The notes beneath the pieces are model-generated. The model was not told where the DNA came from. It ran no database searches and saw only the letters and a program-made list of their open reading frames with translations. Shown in pieces: positions 54,277 to 64,000 of a stretch of DNA of 64,000 bases (the first letter of the stretch is position 1; every line of letters begins with the position of its first letter). The DNA comes from an uncultured virus (IMG/VR IMGVR_UViG_3300033562_000771) (taxonomy: Duplodnaviria > Heunggongvirae > Uroviricota > Caudoviricetes): the IMG/VR virus record IMGVR_UViG_3300033562_000771, positions 62,001 to 126,000 of that record; one strand, given 5' to 3'. The position numbers and the translations under genes are program-made.

Positions 54277-54973
54277 AAAGCCCTCCTGGAGTATTACAGG
54301 CCGATGTGACCTTGTTAAGAATCATGGAATGAAACTCGGGACCCATAACCGCAAAAGCTTGGGCTGGGTCTTTTAAGTGAATCCCTGGAATTGGGACGGG
54401 AACACCTTGTGCGGATAAAACCATTCTTGGGGGGCTTCCTGATGGCAGTCTTACGTGAGTAACTTTACAACCAGCCTCATAAAGTTCCTGGGTGATTTTC
54501 TGAGTAGCGTCTTGCCCCGTGGCTTTTTGTGTTTTTGGGTCGGGTAGATCCAAATCAAAAGATGTATACACATGAAGTTTCCACATTTTACACCATTCTA
54601 GGATTTCTTTTTGAACCCTGGAAGTGTTTGTGCTAATAACCCACGGTATTACAGGAGCTAATGCAAGAGCATCGTAGGACCCCTCCACTAAAAAAATACT
54701 CCTACTAGCATATACAATACGAGAAAGTTGAGGTGTCCAAGATGTAAATCTGGGGGCAATTTCAGAAGTTAGGGTCTGACTCCAGATTTTCTGATCCGGA
54801 GCACGGCCATTCCAGCCTACAGGGGTCCCATCAAGGGCATAAATAGGAAAATAGATAGCACCGGATTCATGAAGGATTAGGCTTGATAAAAATTCCTGGG
54901 GGACAACAAAGTTAGGGCCATCCCGTAAGCGTAGGGTTCTAATTTGCTCAGTGGTGGGTGTGGTCCAGGTCAT
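54260..54973 (-). CDS. Toprim-domain primase-like protein
   Basis: FPIY..G..VGWNGR; LVEGSYDAL; FDLD...GQ.A; KDP. Confidence 0.7.
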   Translation of the reverse strand: MTWTTPTTEQIRTLRLRDGPNFVVPQEFLSSLILHESGAIYFPIYALDGTPVGWNGRAPDQKIWSQTLTSEIAPRFTSWTPQLSRIVYASRSIFLVEGSYDALALAPVIPWVISTNTSRVQKEILEWCKMWKLHVYTSFDLDLPDPKTQKATGQDATQKITQELYEAGCKVTHVRLPSGSPPRMVLSAQGVPVPIPGIHLKDPAQAFAVMGPEFHSMILNKVTSACNTPGGLYVRSF

Positions 54974-56214
54974 TCCGTGGTATCTCTGAGAAGGTCTTCC
55001 ATAACCTTCATGAAACTAGCCACAACAGCCCGAACCGTGTTAGCATTATTGACACGTTTAGTTAGCTGATAAATCTCAGTTTGTTGTTCAGTAATTTTTT
55101 TGTAGAGAGCCACCTGCGCCCGTAGATAGGCATTCTCGGTATGTGGGTCCATAAAACTGGGGGGATCTTCACGATCACCAGGACCCTCAAAGTCACCAGA
55201 AGACCCATCATCAAAGACCTCTCCAGAATCATCCCCTGGTGCATCGGGAGCATCAATAAACTCCTCTTCCGGGGCATCTAGAACCTCCTCACCCACAGCA
55301 TCAGTTTGATCGGGGGCCTCATCAGGAGCGTCAGGCGCATCCTCAGGCTCGGGATCAGGAGTGCTTGGATCTAACAACAGGTATTCCGGTGGATCACATA
55401 GATACGTAGTGATACGTTCCATGGTAGCTATCTCACAGGCCTTTACAGCCGCCATAGAATCAGACAGCTTAATCTTATCGATAGTAAGCGTCAGGGTGTC
55501 CAAAGGAGCCTTGAAAAGACGTTCTTTAATGGAATCCCCTACCATATGCTCAATTTTACAGGGGACCTTATTCCCCGCCTGAGGCCCAGTAATGGACACC
55601 AAATAAACTCTATTGGGCATACAGACATCCAAGACATCAGCAACGTCTGCCGAACTACGAGGAACGAAGATAGCCCCCTCTCCAGGGATTGCACACCTAC
55701 CGTCTCGGGTGGAGTAAGCTTCCTTCAAAATTTGCTCAATAGTGGACTCACCCTCTGCAATAAAAGAATCAATCATTGAGGTTAAAGCAGGGGTTAGTTT
55801 AGACGGGAATACAAAGCACCCAGCAGGAGCCCTAAGAGTCTTAGTCGAGTTGAGAAACACGGATTGATAGTTATTAATTTTGGTTAGGGTGCTAGTAAGC
55901 TGCACGGGATAGGCTGCAATCGTATTACAAAATTTCCGAGCAGAGAATGTGATATCCTCATGCGCCCATGGGATAAAGAGCGCCTCCACCCCAATGGGCA
56001 TAGCTACATACTGGGGAGTTCTAGGCACAGGCCTTGGGCATACCATAGAAATACCTCTAGGAGAGACCTCTAAGGTTTCCTTGGGGGTTATCTTAGGCTT
56101 AGAAGAGGATCCCACCAGTAGTCCAGACTCGGTTAGTTTTTTCTTAGCAACCCTAGCGGCTTTTTTAAGAAGTCGGCTATTTGGAACGACACGACCAGTA
56201 TGGATTTCATGCAT
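54970..56214 (-). CDS. Hypothetical protein with acidic linker
   Basis: 414-aa ORF; stop overlaps the primase start. Confidence 0.65.
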   Translation of the reverse strand: MHEIHTGRVVPNSRLLKKAARVAKKKLTESGLLVGSSSKPKITPKETLEVSPRGISMVCPRPVPRTPQYVAMPIGVEALFIPWAHEDITFSARKFCNTIAAYPVQLTSTLTKINNYQSVFLNSTKTLRAPAGCFVFPSKLTPALTSMIDSFIAEGESTIEQILKEAYSTRDGRCAIPGEGAIFVPRSSADVADVLDVCMPNRVYLVSITGPQAGNKVPCKIEHMVGDSIKERLFKAPLDTLTLTIDKIKLSDSMAAVKACEIATMERITTYLCDPPEYLLLDPSTPDPEPEDAPDAPDEAPDQTDAVGEEVLDAPEEEFIDAPDAPGDDSGEVFDDGSSGDFEGPGDREDPPSFMDPHTENAYLRAQVALYKKITEQQTEIYQLTKRVNNANTVRAVVASFMKVMEDLLRDTTE

Positions 56215-56337
56215 TTGTGGACTCCTAAGAGCGGTGGTCTGGGCTGGGCTGGGTTGAATAAATTACATTAGACAGAGTAATACAGAAAACTTTTCTAGAC
56301 AATAGATAAATATTAATGCCCATGATGGGGCTACACA

Positions 56338-56367
56338 AGATACGGAACCACGCATGAAAAAATCCAA
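56338..56367 (-). promoter_or_regulatory. Phage promoter motif copy at the head of the replication block
   Basis: TTGGA-N18-CGTATCT. Confidence 0.6.
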
Positions 56368-57228
56368 CTATTTTTTAGGGGGTTGGACCTTCTCAACAAC
56401 GGATTGCATATGCTTTTCAGAGGTAGCTGCAACCTCTTGGATAGCCCGTGCCGCAGGATTGACTATGAGCAGCCATAGGACACCTAAAATAATAATATCA
56501 AAGACTCTTTGCCAGATATTAGTTCCAACGTAGTCTAAGAAAGACTCTCCTATTGTCTCCCAACGACTCATTTTAGAGCCATCAGAACGCATATAGTTTT
56601 TCTTAAAGAACTCATCTAGTAAGGCGGAAAGCCTATCGTGTGCCCCTTCCTTGGGTTTCCCAAACTCGTCTTTACCTGTCAAACTAAAGACTACACGGGC
56701 CATATTCCGGAGAATGAACTTATCTTCTACATACCTACCATGAGCGTCCCTACCTAGAAGTTCCTGCATGGGCTCTTGGAAGGAGGACGCAAATCTACCA
56801 GCGGCTTCTGTATCTGCCTTAATAGGAGCTAGGTTGGCCACAACTGAGTTCACCGAGTCCTTCAGAAGGGGAATACTATTCTGAAAAGCCTGCACGGTTA
56901 CTGTCAGAGCACTAGCATTTTCAACAAGCTGGGGGATACCCTCGTGATGCAGGTATTTTAGCGTAGCAGCAAGAGGCTCAATGTCAGATGAGAACGATTT
57001 CTCAAGTTGCTGCTTCAGCGAGATTATAAGGGACCTTAACTCAGCGGCATCATTTGCGATAGCAGAGGCATCCGGATTTTCCTCGGCAAACGCACCATTC
57101 TCGAAACTAGTTATTTGGGTATTTAGATCCGAAAGATGGGTCTCAAACCGACATATAGTTTCACTAACGTCTTCAAGAAGGGTTAGAGTTGCATTTAATT
57201 GTGATTTTACCGTTTGAATTTCAGCCAT
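56368..57228 (-). CDS. Coiled-coil membrane protein
   Basis: Heptads plus C-terminal TM segment. Confidence 0.6.
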   Translation of the reverse strand: MAEIQTVKSQLNATLTLLEDVSETICRFETHLSDLNTQITSFENGAFAEENPDASAIANDAAELRSLIISLKQQLEKSFSSDIEPLAATLKYLHHEGIPQLVENASALTVTVQAFQNSIPLLKDSVNSVVANLAPIKADTEAAGRFASSFQEPMQELLGRDAHGRYVEDKFILRNMARVVFSLTGKDEFGKPKEGAHDRLSALLDEFFKKNYMRSDGSKMSRWETIGESFLDYVGTNIWQRVFDIIILGVLWLLIVNPAARAIQEVAATSEKHMQSVVEKVQPPKK

Positions 57229-57229
57229 A

Positions 57230-57547
57230 TTAATCCTGTGAAGGGTCTGAGTATCCGAGATGCTCTAGGATCCTAGCGAGATCCCCCTTAAAAGCTGAAT
57301 GCTGCTCTGATAGTTTTGTTATCATTGAAATAAGGTCTGGATCTGTTTTAACCTGGATCATGGGTAGAGACTCTCGAAGCCGAATAAGTTCCTCGGATAT
57401 CCGAGACATTGACCTAGCTAGACTAACTAGGTCAGGGTTGGATGGAGTCTCCTCAAAAGAAGCTACAACAGGCATTGTTTTCTGGGACTTACCCTTAAAG
57501 TCTGGTCTAAGGGACTCCCTCAATGCGTCTAGACTCTTCTCAGGCAT
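57230..57547 (-). CDS. Hypothetical protein
   Basis: 105 aa; GGAGG SD. Confidence 0.6.
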   Translation of the reverse strand: MPEKSLDALRESLRPDFKGKSQKTMPVVASFEETPSNPDLVSLARSMSRISEELIRLRESLPMIQVKTDPDLISMITKLSEQHSAFKGDLARILEHLGYSDPSQD

Positions 57548-57564
57548 AAACCCCTCCCCTAAAA

Positions 57565-57596
57565 GAAAAAAGGCCCAGTATCAAGCTGGGCCTTTT
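57565..57596. terminator. Intrinsic terminator
   Basis: aaaaaaggcccag-tatcaag-ctgggcctttt. Confidence 0.75.
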
Positions 57597-57613
57597 AGTA
57601 AAGTCGTATAATA

Positions 57614-58294
57614 TCACCATCTATGCTTAGATACTTTTTTCTTAGCTGGAAGGGCCTTAACAGTAGCTTTCTTAGCTGGAGTGGATACCTTCTTACTAGA
57701 AGTGGTAGGCTTAGAGGATACTAACACCTTTTTAGGAGTAGCTTTAGCGGAAGCCTTATTAACGGGCGGCTTCTTAGCTGGAGTTTTCTTCGCGGGTGTT
57801 GCAACCTTGGCAACAGGCTTCTTTTCAGCAGCCTTAGCCGCAGCAGCGGCCTCCGCTTCTCGCACATGATGGGGCTTGAAGGTGGCGGTTGTATTTGCAA
57901 TAATGGGTTTAGCTTCTGGATTAGCTTGCTTTTCAGCTTCACGAGCGGCCCACAAACGCTCCGCCTCTTCCTTGTCCTGGACAGCCTTCTGTTCTGCTAC
58001 AAAACGCTGCAGCAGGGCCTTATTATATGTAGACACCGGGACAGACTGCTGGACGGTCTCAATTAGAATCCCACGCTTAACAATTTCGGCCCCACCCAAC
58101 ATTGAAGGGGTAGAAAGAATCCCAAGAATGTTATCAAGCTGGTGCCTAGTTAGATAGATAATGTAGGGGGTGTCCGGTGAAATTACTGGAACGGGGGGAG
58201 GCGCTACAGGAGTTGGAGCGGATGCCGCTGGAGTTGGAGCGGATGCTGCTGGGATTTCTTTGGAAGAAGTCTTTGGAAGGGGTTTAGACACCAT
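57614..58294 (-). CDS. Protein with histone H1-like K/A/P-rich tail
   Basis: PAKK/KKP repeats. Confidence 0.65.
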   Translation of the reverse strand: MVSKPLPKTSSKEIPAASAPTPAASAPTPVAPPPVPVISPDTPYIIYLTRHQLDNILGILSTPSMLGGAEIVKRGILIETVQQSVPVSTYNKALLQRFVAEQKAVQDKEEAERLWAAREAEKQANPEAKPIIANTTATFKPHHVREAEAAAAAKAAEKKPVAKVATPAKKTPAKKPPVNKASAKATPKKVLVSSKPTTSSKKVSTPAKKATVKALPAKKKVSKHRW

Positions 58295-58377
58295 AGTAGA
58301 AGTCTCCTAATAGATTGTTGGCAGTCTGATTGTCAGATCCACTCAGAATCACTAATACAGTCTAATATTTGTAGGCA

Positions 58378-58416
58378 TAAAAAAATGGCCGGGATTTCTC
58401 CCGGCCATTTTTTTTT
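58378..58416. terminator. Intrinsic terminator
   Basis: A8-tggccggga-ttt-ctcccggcca-T9. Confidence 0.85.
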
Positions 58417-58431
58417 GTAAAGGACTACGTG

Positions 58432-60615
58432 TTAGACGTAGAGGAGGTGAACGCTACCCTTGAAGGCTGCGTTGTTGGCCACGGTCAGGATAACCTGGGT
58501 GGTCGTGATTTCAACATCAACTCCGCCAACCAACTTCATGGCACCAGAGACATCCTCATAAACGGTAACCTGAGGAAGCATGTTGCCAACCATGGTGAGC
58601 CCATGGGCGAAAGACACGGTCTTATCAACGGCACCCGTGAAATCAGTTGCCACGAAAGTCCCGGTGAACGCAGGAGCGCTTGTCCACTGAGCAGCGGACC
58701 CAGAGGTTGCCTTAAGGGTCTGACCAGCGGTAGGAGCTGTGGCACTAATGGAGATACCTTGGATCTTGACCACAGTGGGATTGGGCAGGTTGCCCGAGAG
58801 ATCACCAGAGACTGCGAGAGTCTGGCTAGCTAGATCACCATCTGCACGAAGCGTGGCTTCTGCTGCGATAGCAGCAATACGGGCAGTCACTTCAGCAGCG
58901 AGGTTCGTGGTGAGGGTGGTGTCAGCAGCCTGACGAGCAGTCACTTCAGCAGCAAGGTTCGCGGTGAGGGTAGCATCAGCATCAGTACGAGCAGTAGTCT
59001 CAGCAGCGATAGCATTAGTCAGAACTGTATCTGCAGCAGTACGAGCAGTAATCTCAGCATTGAGGTTCGTGGTGAGGGTACCTTCGGCACCTGTTGCACG
59101 GGTGGTCTCAACCAAGATAGCTGCATCACGAGCAATCACTTCAGCAGCGTCAGCCGCTGTGCGGTTGGTCACTTCAGCAGCGAGAGCGTTGGTCAGAACT
59201 GTATCAGCGTCTGCACGAAGAGTTGCTTCGGCAGCAATAGCTGCGTTGCGATCAATTACTTCTTGAGCAATGGCATCTGCAATTGCCTGAGTGGAATCTG
59301 TACCCGAAGTCTGCAACTGATAGAGAGTTACAGGAGAATCTTGCTCCACAGCTTCAGGAATGTGAATGGCGCTACCGTCAATCGACAGTAGCAAATTTGC
59401 CTCATTAGAACCGCGAACCTCCACGAGCAGACCATTAAACCCGTCACCGGGTGCAACCTTCAAACCAGTCACGGCTCCGTCAGGAGACAGTTCAAGGTGA
59501 TCAGCGCTGGTGATGGTGGAGTCAATCTGAACAGTGGAACCAGTGACGTAAAGCTCACCAGATACAGTCATGTTGCCCTGAATAGCCACAGGGCCGGTCA
59601 TGGTGGTCTGGCCAGTCTCAGCGTCAACACCAAAGTAAATGAGGTCATCATCATTATCAGTGATGCGGAAATCCTTACCCGTGGCCAACTTAATGTTAGC
59701 AATGCCACCAGTTGTCTGGTTGTAGACTGTCTGGAGAGACATCGACTCACGAGCAGTAGTCTCAGCAGCAAGAGCGTTAGTCAGAACTGTATCTGCATCA
59801 GTACGAGCAGTAGTCTCAGCAGCAAGAGCGTTAGTCAGAACTGTATCTGCATCAGTACGAGCAGTAATCTCAGCATTCAGCGCAGTAGCAACAGCCAGAC
59901 GAGCAGTAGTCTCAACAGCAATAGCTGCGTTGCGATCAATTACTTCCTGAGCATCTGCAGCAGTACGAGCAGTAATCTCAGCATTGAGGCCCGTGGTGAG
60001 GGTGGTGTCAGCACTCTCACGAGCGGTGACTTCAGCAGCGAGGTTCGTGGTGAGGGTGGTGTCAGCAGCCTGACGAGCAGTAGTCTCAACAGCAATAGCA
60101 TTAGTCAGAACTGTATCAGCGTCCGCACGAGCAGTAGTCTCAGCAGCGATAGCTGCGTTGCGATCAATTACTTCCTGAGCATCAGCAGCCTGACGAGCGG
60201 TGATTTCCGAATCAATACGGATCCCAAGGGCAGTATCAGCAGCGATACGAGCAGATTCTTCAGCTTCAACAAGACCCGCGCCGAAACCTGAAACATCTGT
60301 ATATACGAAGCTGGAAGTAGCATGATCATAAGTTACAGCATAACCATTATTACCAGCCGCAGGAGCAGGAATAGCAGCTCCACGAATGGCGGTCACGGTA
60401 GCCGAACCATGGGTCCCAGAGAGATCACCACCAAGAGCGGTGATGTTGCTGACCATAGAAAGATCTTCTGTCCCGTTATAGAAATGCAGAACATTTCCAG
60501 TGGTGAAAATATGACCCAGCGCAGGTGTCCCAGGAGCTGCCGTGGGAACCACAAGGGTCTTGAGGTAGGAAGCTGCACCATGTACTACATGCAGTGGTTC
60601 GCGGAATTCAGCCAT
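58432..60615 (-). CDS. Coiled-coil repeat virion fibre-like protein
   Basis: Many 18-aa (AAEVTARQAADTTLTTNL)-type repeats; GDLSG..PNPTV motifs; start MAEFRE. Confidence 0.75.
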   Translation of the reverse strand: MAEFREPLHVVHGAASYLKTLVVPTAAPGTPALGHIFTTGNVLHFYNGTEDLSMVSNITALGGDLSGTHGSATVTAIRGAAIPAPAAGNNGYAVTYDHATSSFVYTDVSGFGAGLVEAEESARIAADTALGIRIDSEITARQAADAQEVIDRNAAIAAETTARADADTVLTNAIAVETTARQAADTTLTTNLAAEVTARESADTTLTTGLNAEITARTAADAQEVIDRNAAIAVETTARLAVATALNAEITARTDADTVLTNALAAETTARTDADTVLTNALAAETTARESMSLQTVYNQTTGGIANIKLATGKDFRITDNDDDLIYFGVDAETGQTTMTGPVAIQGNMTVSGELYVTGSTVQIDSTITSADHLELSPDGAVTGLKVAPGDGFNGLLVEVRGSNEANLLLSIDGSAIHIPEAVEQDSPVTLYQLQTSGTDSTQAIADAIAQEVIDRNAAIAAEATLRADADTVLTNALAAEVTNRTAADAAEVIARDAAILVETTRATGAEGTLTTNLNAEITARTAADTVLTNAIAAETTARTDADATLTANLAAEVTARQAADTTLTTNLAAEVTARIAAIAAEATLRADGDLASQTLAVSGDLSGNLPNPTVVKIQGISISATAPTAGQTLKATSGSAAQWTSAPAFTGTFVATDFTGAVDKTVSFAHGLTMVGNMLPQVTVYEDVSGAMKLVGGVDVEITTTQVILTVANNAAFKGSVHLLYV

Positions 60616-60706
60616 GAAAATACTCCTTGATTGGGGCCTACAAAAGGCCATTAGGTTTTAGGTGTTGAGCAAGGTGTCCCTGCCTATATAAAGGCAAAAA
60701 GAGAGA

Positions 60707-61438
60707 TCAGAGTATCCTTACTTCCAATTTACCGGAGAATGAAGCATTAGTAGATATCAAGAGCTTTAACGTGGTATCGTTAGCAACCCAATCTACATGA
60801 GTAGGCTTAAAGAAAGATTCCGCTAGACTTTCAAAAACATCCACCTGAAGCGACGAGGTTCCTAATCCATGGACAAAATTTAAAGCCAGGGCATCAGACC
60901 CAGCATCAACACCCCAGTCACCTGTAGAAAAAGTATCCGAGAATGTTGAGGTTGCTACAGAGACCCCCTTAAGACCAATATATCTCCAACCCTTAATTAG
61001 GTAGGGCTTTACGTGAGACGTATTTGTTCCAAAGAAAGTAAGGGTCCCAGAATTATAATCAAAGACCCAATCGGAAGTATCCGTAGGGGGGACTTCTGCC
61101 CCAAGGCCTCCAGACCCATTATTTTGATACACACGAACCTGATAGGACCCATCAATACTAGGATGAATCCAATCTGTTAGAGGGGTCTTAAACGACTTTT
61201 GCCCAGTTACGGTAACATCCTCAGACAGTAGCACGGAGGCATGATAACTTATCACGGCACTGGAGGACGCTACGGCTGGGGTGGGAATCTGCTCCGCTTG
61301 GGACCAAATCTGACTACCCATAACGGAGCTAACAGAATAGTTAGCCTCCTCGTAGAAGGCCTTAGCTGTTGAAGAAGTAGCGCGTTTCTGGAGAGACTTC
61401 CAGAGAATGTCTACTTTTTGGGAGTCTGTAAGTGCCAT
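60707..61438 (-). CDS. Probable virion structural protein
   Basis: DWVFDYNSGTLTF...GWRYIG.KG; C-terminal HGLG..QVDV.E also seen in 58432..60615. Confidence 0.6.
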   Translation of the reverse strand: MALTDSQKVDILWKSLQKRATSSTAKAFYEEANYSVSSVMGSQIWSQAEQIPTPAVASSSAVISYHASVLLSEDVTVTGQKSFKTPLTDWIHPSIDGSYQVRVYQNNGSGGLGAEVPPTDTSDWVFDYNSGTLTFFGTNTSHVKPYLIKGWRYIGLKGVSVATSTFSDTFSTGDWGVDAGSDALALNFVHGLGTSSLQVDVFESLAESFFKPTHVDWVANDTTLKLLISTNASFSGKLEVRIL

Positions 61439-61449
61439 GCCAGTCTCAC

Positions 61450-63483
61450 TTAACTAAGAGCGATTCGGAGTTTAGTCACATTAAAGGTGGGCGAGACTGT
61501 AGTATCCCAATAAAGTTTAACCAACACAAGGCCACCAGAATTTACAGTTGAATTAGTCCCAAAAGTCATGGGGATCTTTATCTCTGTAGATACAACAGAA
61601 GTTGATCCTACGAGACACCCATCACCATCATTTGTGGGAGTCCCCCCTAAATAAGGAGATAGGGGGTTAATCCAGCCAGTTAAACCAGGAAGTTTCACTC
61701 GGATATTAACACCACTAGGAAGGCTGTTGGGTGTTAAGTAAAGAACCGCGTTTGTGGTGGATGCTAGGGTAAACTTCCTAGCATATGCTTGCGTCCCTGA
61801 CCGCCCTGAATAATCGGGACCTACAGGAGCATACGTGGTAAAATTTTTATTGGAATACCTTAGGCTACCTAAAAATAGCATTAATTCTGAGGTAGCCAAA
61901 GCCGCAGAAGAATCCCACGTGGCTGAAGTTACAGAGGAAACAGAATCATAGATACCGTCAGCGGGAATTCTGTAAAGTTCATCCACAAAAGTATCTTGAA
62001 TTGCAGTTGAGTCATTCCCATATGTGTTAATATAAAAGCTTGATTTAGAATGACTTGCAGCCGAACTGTTACCTCTGGGGCTCACAATAATGGCCGACCA
62101 AGCGGGACTATCAGTAGTCTGACTAGAGTTAAATGAAAGAACTTTGCTGGAGATAGATGGGGTATCCGCAATAGCGGGTGGGTTCGAGACCCCTACCGCA
62201 GAAGCATCTGTTAAAACGATATTAGTTGAGGACACCGCAGATCCAGCTAGAGTAGCCCAAACCCCTGTAGTCATGTAGGTATTTGCAAAAGGAGCTGTAG
62301 CCGCAGCCATGGAGAAACTCATGGAAGATCCAGCCCCATATGCAGGGATACCCGAAAGATACTTTAAGGAACTTGTCTGGATACTCCCGGAAAGAGCACC
62401 AGCGGTAGGAAGAGTTGAGGAATCATAGTAGAGAACATACGTGGGAGAAACTTTATCCCCACTAACCGTATGGATCAACTCATAGGTATTATACCCAAGA
62501 GCTGCATCCGTGGATAAAGGACTATAAATTACAGTCCCTGTCTGGAAAGCTCCAAAAGAAGCGTATCTACCCACAGAGGTAATCTGAAGGCGAGACGATG
62601 AAGGAGAGTAAGGTAGCGCCGAACCTGCATAACCATCCCCCTGATTGCCATTTCTATTGGCTTCAACAAAAGCCGTTTCTAAATTAAACGAAACAAAATT
62701 TGTTGAGTTAATCCTAGAATGGATTAAACCCTTATCTGCAGACCCAAAACCCGTATATGTCAAAACGGGTGTGGGAGTTTTTGTAACCCGTGGAAGCGTT
62801 TCTCCTGCGGCATAGGGTCCGGGGACAGGGGCATTTGCCGACAACTTGGCAGTATAAGAAGTTAAAGACACTGTGGGAGTGATTGTGTCTAAGCTAGGGG
62901 GTGCCGTTGGAACAAGGAAACCCATTATTGAGTTGATCTGGTCTATCGCATCCGAAATCTTCTGGTCTTCAGTTAGCGGGACCGCACCATTAAGATAGGA
63001 CCCGTCAGGAGCTGGACCTAGGATTAACCCAGATCCTGCCAGATTATCAGTTATAATACTCGTATCCAAGTTTAATGCTGCTAACGAGGTCCCACCTGCT
63101 AGTGTGGGATACACCATTTCACTAACAGGGAACCCAAAAATATTATTAACCGAAGTTTGCGAGATAATGGCATCAACCCCTACTCCAGGGTAATCTAGTT
63201 CAGCCCCCTCTTCATTCCATATAATCGTTCCGCTAATATGCGAAGAATCTTCGATAGTTAATGCTGTAATTTTGTATCTATGGGCAACCCCTGGGATTGG
63301 GTAAAAATTAACATTATCAACCGCAGGAATATAGATGAGGAAACCTGTCGCTAATGCAGAGGTGCCCAGGCCCTCTACATCAGCGACATTAGAGTATACA
63401 GCATTTGTGAAGGTGTATTCCCCCGGCATCCCCGTGGGGTCATAAGACGTTGCAGAGATTACACCATGAATAAACCGACCCAT
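61450..63483 (-). CDS. Probable virion structural protein
   Basis: 677 aa, S/T/G-rich; YLSGIPAY, F.DE.YR and KLPG.TGW motifs. Confidence 0.6.
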   Translation of the reverse strand: MGRFIHGVISATSYDPTGMPGEYTFTNAVYSNVADVEGLGTSALATGFLIYIPAVDNVNFYPIPGVAHRYKITALTIEDSSHISGTIIWNEEGAELDYPGVGVDAIISQTSVNNIFGFPVSEMVYPTLAGGTSLAALNLDTSIITDNLAGSGLILGPAPDGSYLNGAVPLTEDQKISDAIDQINSIMGFLVPTAPPSLDTITPTVSLTSYTAKLSANAPVPGPYAAGETLPRVTKTPTPVLTYTGFGSADKGLIHSRINSTNFVSFNLETAFVEANRNGNQGDGYAGSALPYSPSSSRLQITSVGRYASFGAFQTGTVIYSPLSTDAALGYNTYELIHTVSGDKVSPTYVLYYDSSTLPTAGALSGSIQTSSLKYLSGIPAYGAGSSMSFSMAAATAPFANTYMTTGVWATLAGSAVSSTNIVLTDASAVGVSNPPAIADTPSISSKVLSFNSSQTTDSPAWSAIIVSPRGNSSAASHSKSSFYINTYGNDSTAIQDTFVDELYRIPADGIYDSVSSVTSATWDSSAALATSELMLFLGSLRYSNKNFTTYAPVGPDYSGRSGTQAYARKFTLASTTNAVLYLTPNSLPSGVNIRVKLPGLTGWINPLSPYLGGTPTNDGDGCLVGSTSVVSTEIKIPMTFGTNSTVNSGGLVLVKLYWDTTVSPTFNVTKLRIALS

Positions 63484-63514
63484 GTTATTACTCCAGTGGT
63501 TTCCTAATTAGAGC

Positions 63515-64000
63515 TTAGAACTGCAGAAGAATGAAGATACCGTTGCTAGCAACACCAAGGTTGCTTAGTTGGAACCGTCCCCAGTTAGATGAAGCATGCA
63601 TAGCAATAGCACCTGCAATACCAGAGAGCGAATCACCATCAGAGCGCACGGAATGCATGGGGATATACGTGGATCCCTGATCTGCATTAGCTCCAACCCC
63701 GTTAGTTGCAGAAGCCGGGGCAATTAAGTCATAAGTAGTAGTGGATCGGGTATTCCCGGCTAAATGAATACGGGCAGAAATTAATTGCACATTTTCATTA
63801 CTAGGAGCCGAGAGTGTGCCCGAAGTGATAGACCCAGGGGTTGAGGTATTATGAGCATAGGTGAACCCCATGCTATAGTTAGCGCTGGAACCACTGGTCG
63901 CACCTGAATCTACGCAAGTTACGGTGTAGGTATCGGTGGCAACCGAGTTAATCAGAACACACAGATAATCTACATTCACATTGCGAAGAATCACACGTTC
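63515..64000 (-). CDS. Probable virion structural protein, start outside the window
   Basis: S/T/G-rich frame open to the window edge. Confidence 0.55.
   Translation of the reverse strand, partial: ERVILRNVNVDYLCVLINSVATDTYTVTCVDSGATSGSSANYSMGFTYAHNTSTPGSITSGTLSAPSNENVQLISARIHLAGNTRSTTTYDLIAPASATNGVGANADQGSTYIPMHSVRSDGDSLSGIAGAIAMHASSNWGRFQLSNLGVASNGIFILLQF

Noticed and set aside
58850..60250. Repeats as a CRISPR array or DGR template
   Set aside because: They are in-frame 54-nt coding repeats of a coiled-coil protein; no reverse transcriptase or adenine-specific variation was seen.
1..64000. Alternative genetic code
   Set aside because: Long conserved genes are intact in the standard code and end in TAA, TAG or TGA; the only internal TGA found is the frameshift site.

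Overview
This window looks like 64 kb of a large (jumbo or huge) bacteriophage genome, probably from a Gram-negative host given the YfiR-like and heptose-kinase genes. Nearly everything is on the minus strand. Both ends carry virion-type genes (fibre-like and coiled-coil repeat proteins). A replication/transcription block lies at about 49-55 kb (dNMP kinase, NusG-like, DnaX, Toprim primase). The 11-45 kb centre is an RNA-metabolism island. It holds about 50 tRNA genes covering all 20 amino acids, many of them non-canonical and one with a group I intron. It also holds tmRNA, RNase P RNA, a CCA-adding enzyme, a Ro60/TROVE protein with 7 complete and 1 partial Y-RNA-like genes, a truncated release factor with a prfB-type +1 frameshift, HNH endonucleases and several unexplained structured non-coding segments. 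The most notable observations are: (1) a conserved 10-aa N-terminal leader ML(K/R)(V/I)S(R/K/Q)(I/L)Lx(A/S) on 7 unrelated proteins plus one internal copy, a candidate virion-packaging tag; (2) a Y-RNA family with one scaffold and different payloads; (3) two solitary type I-C-like CRISPR repeats; (4) the frameshifted mini release factor with an SPT motif; (5) a phage-encoded YfiR/histidine kinase/receiver module; (6) an 11-copy bipartite promoter. All calls were made by eye and no database searches were run.
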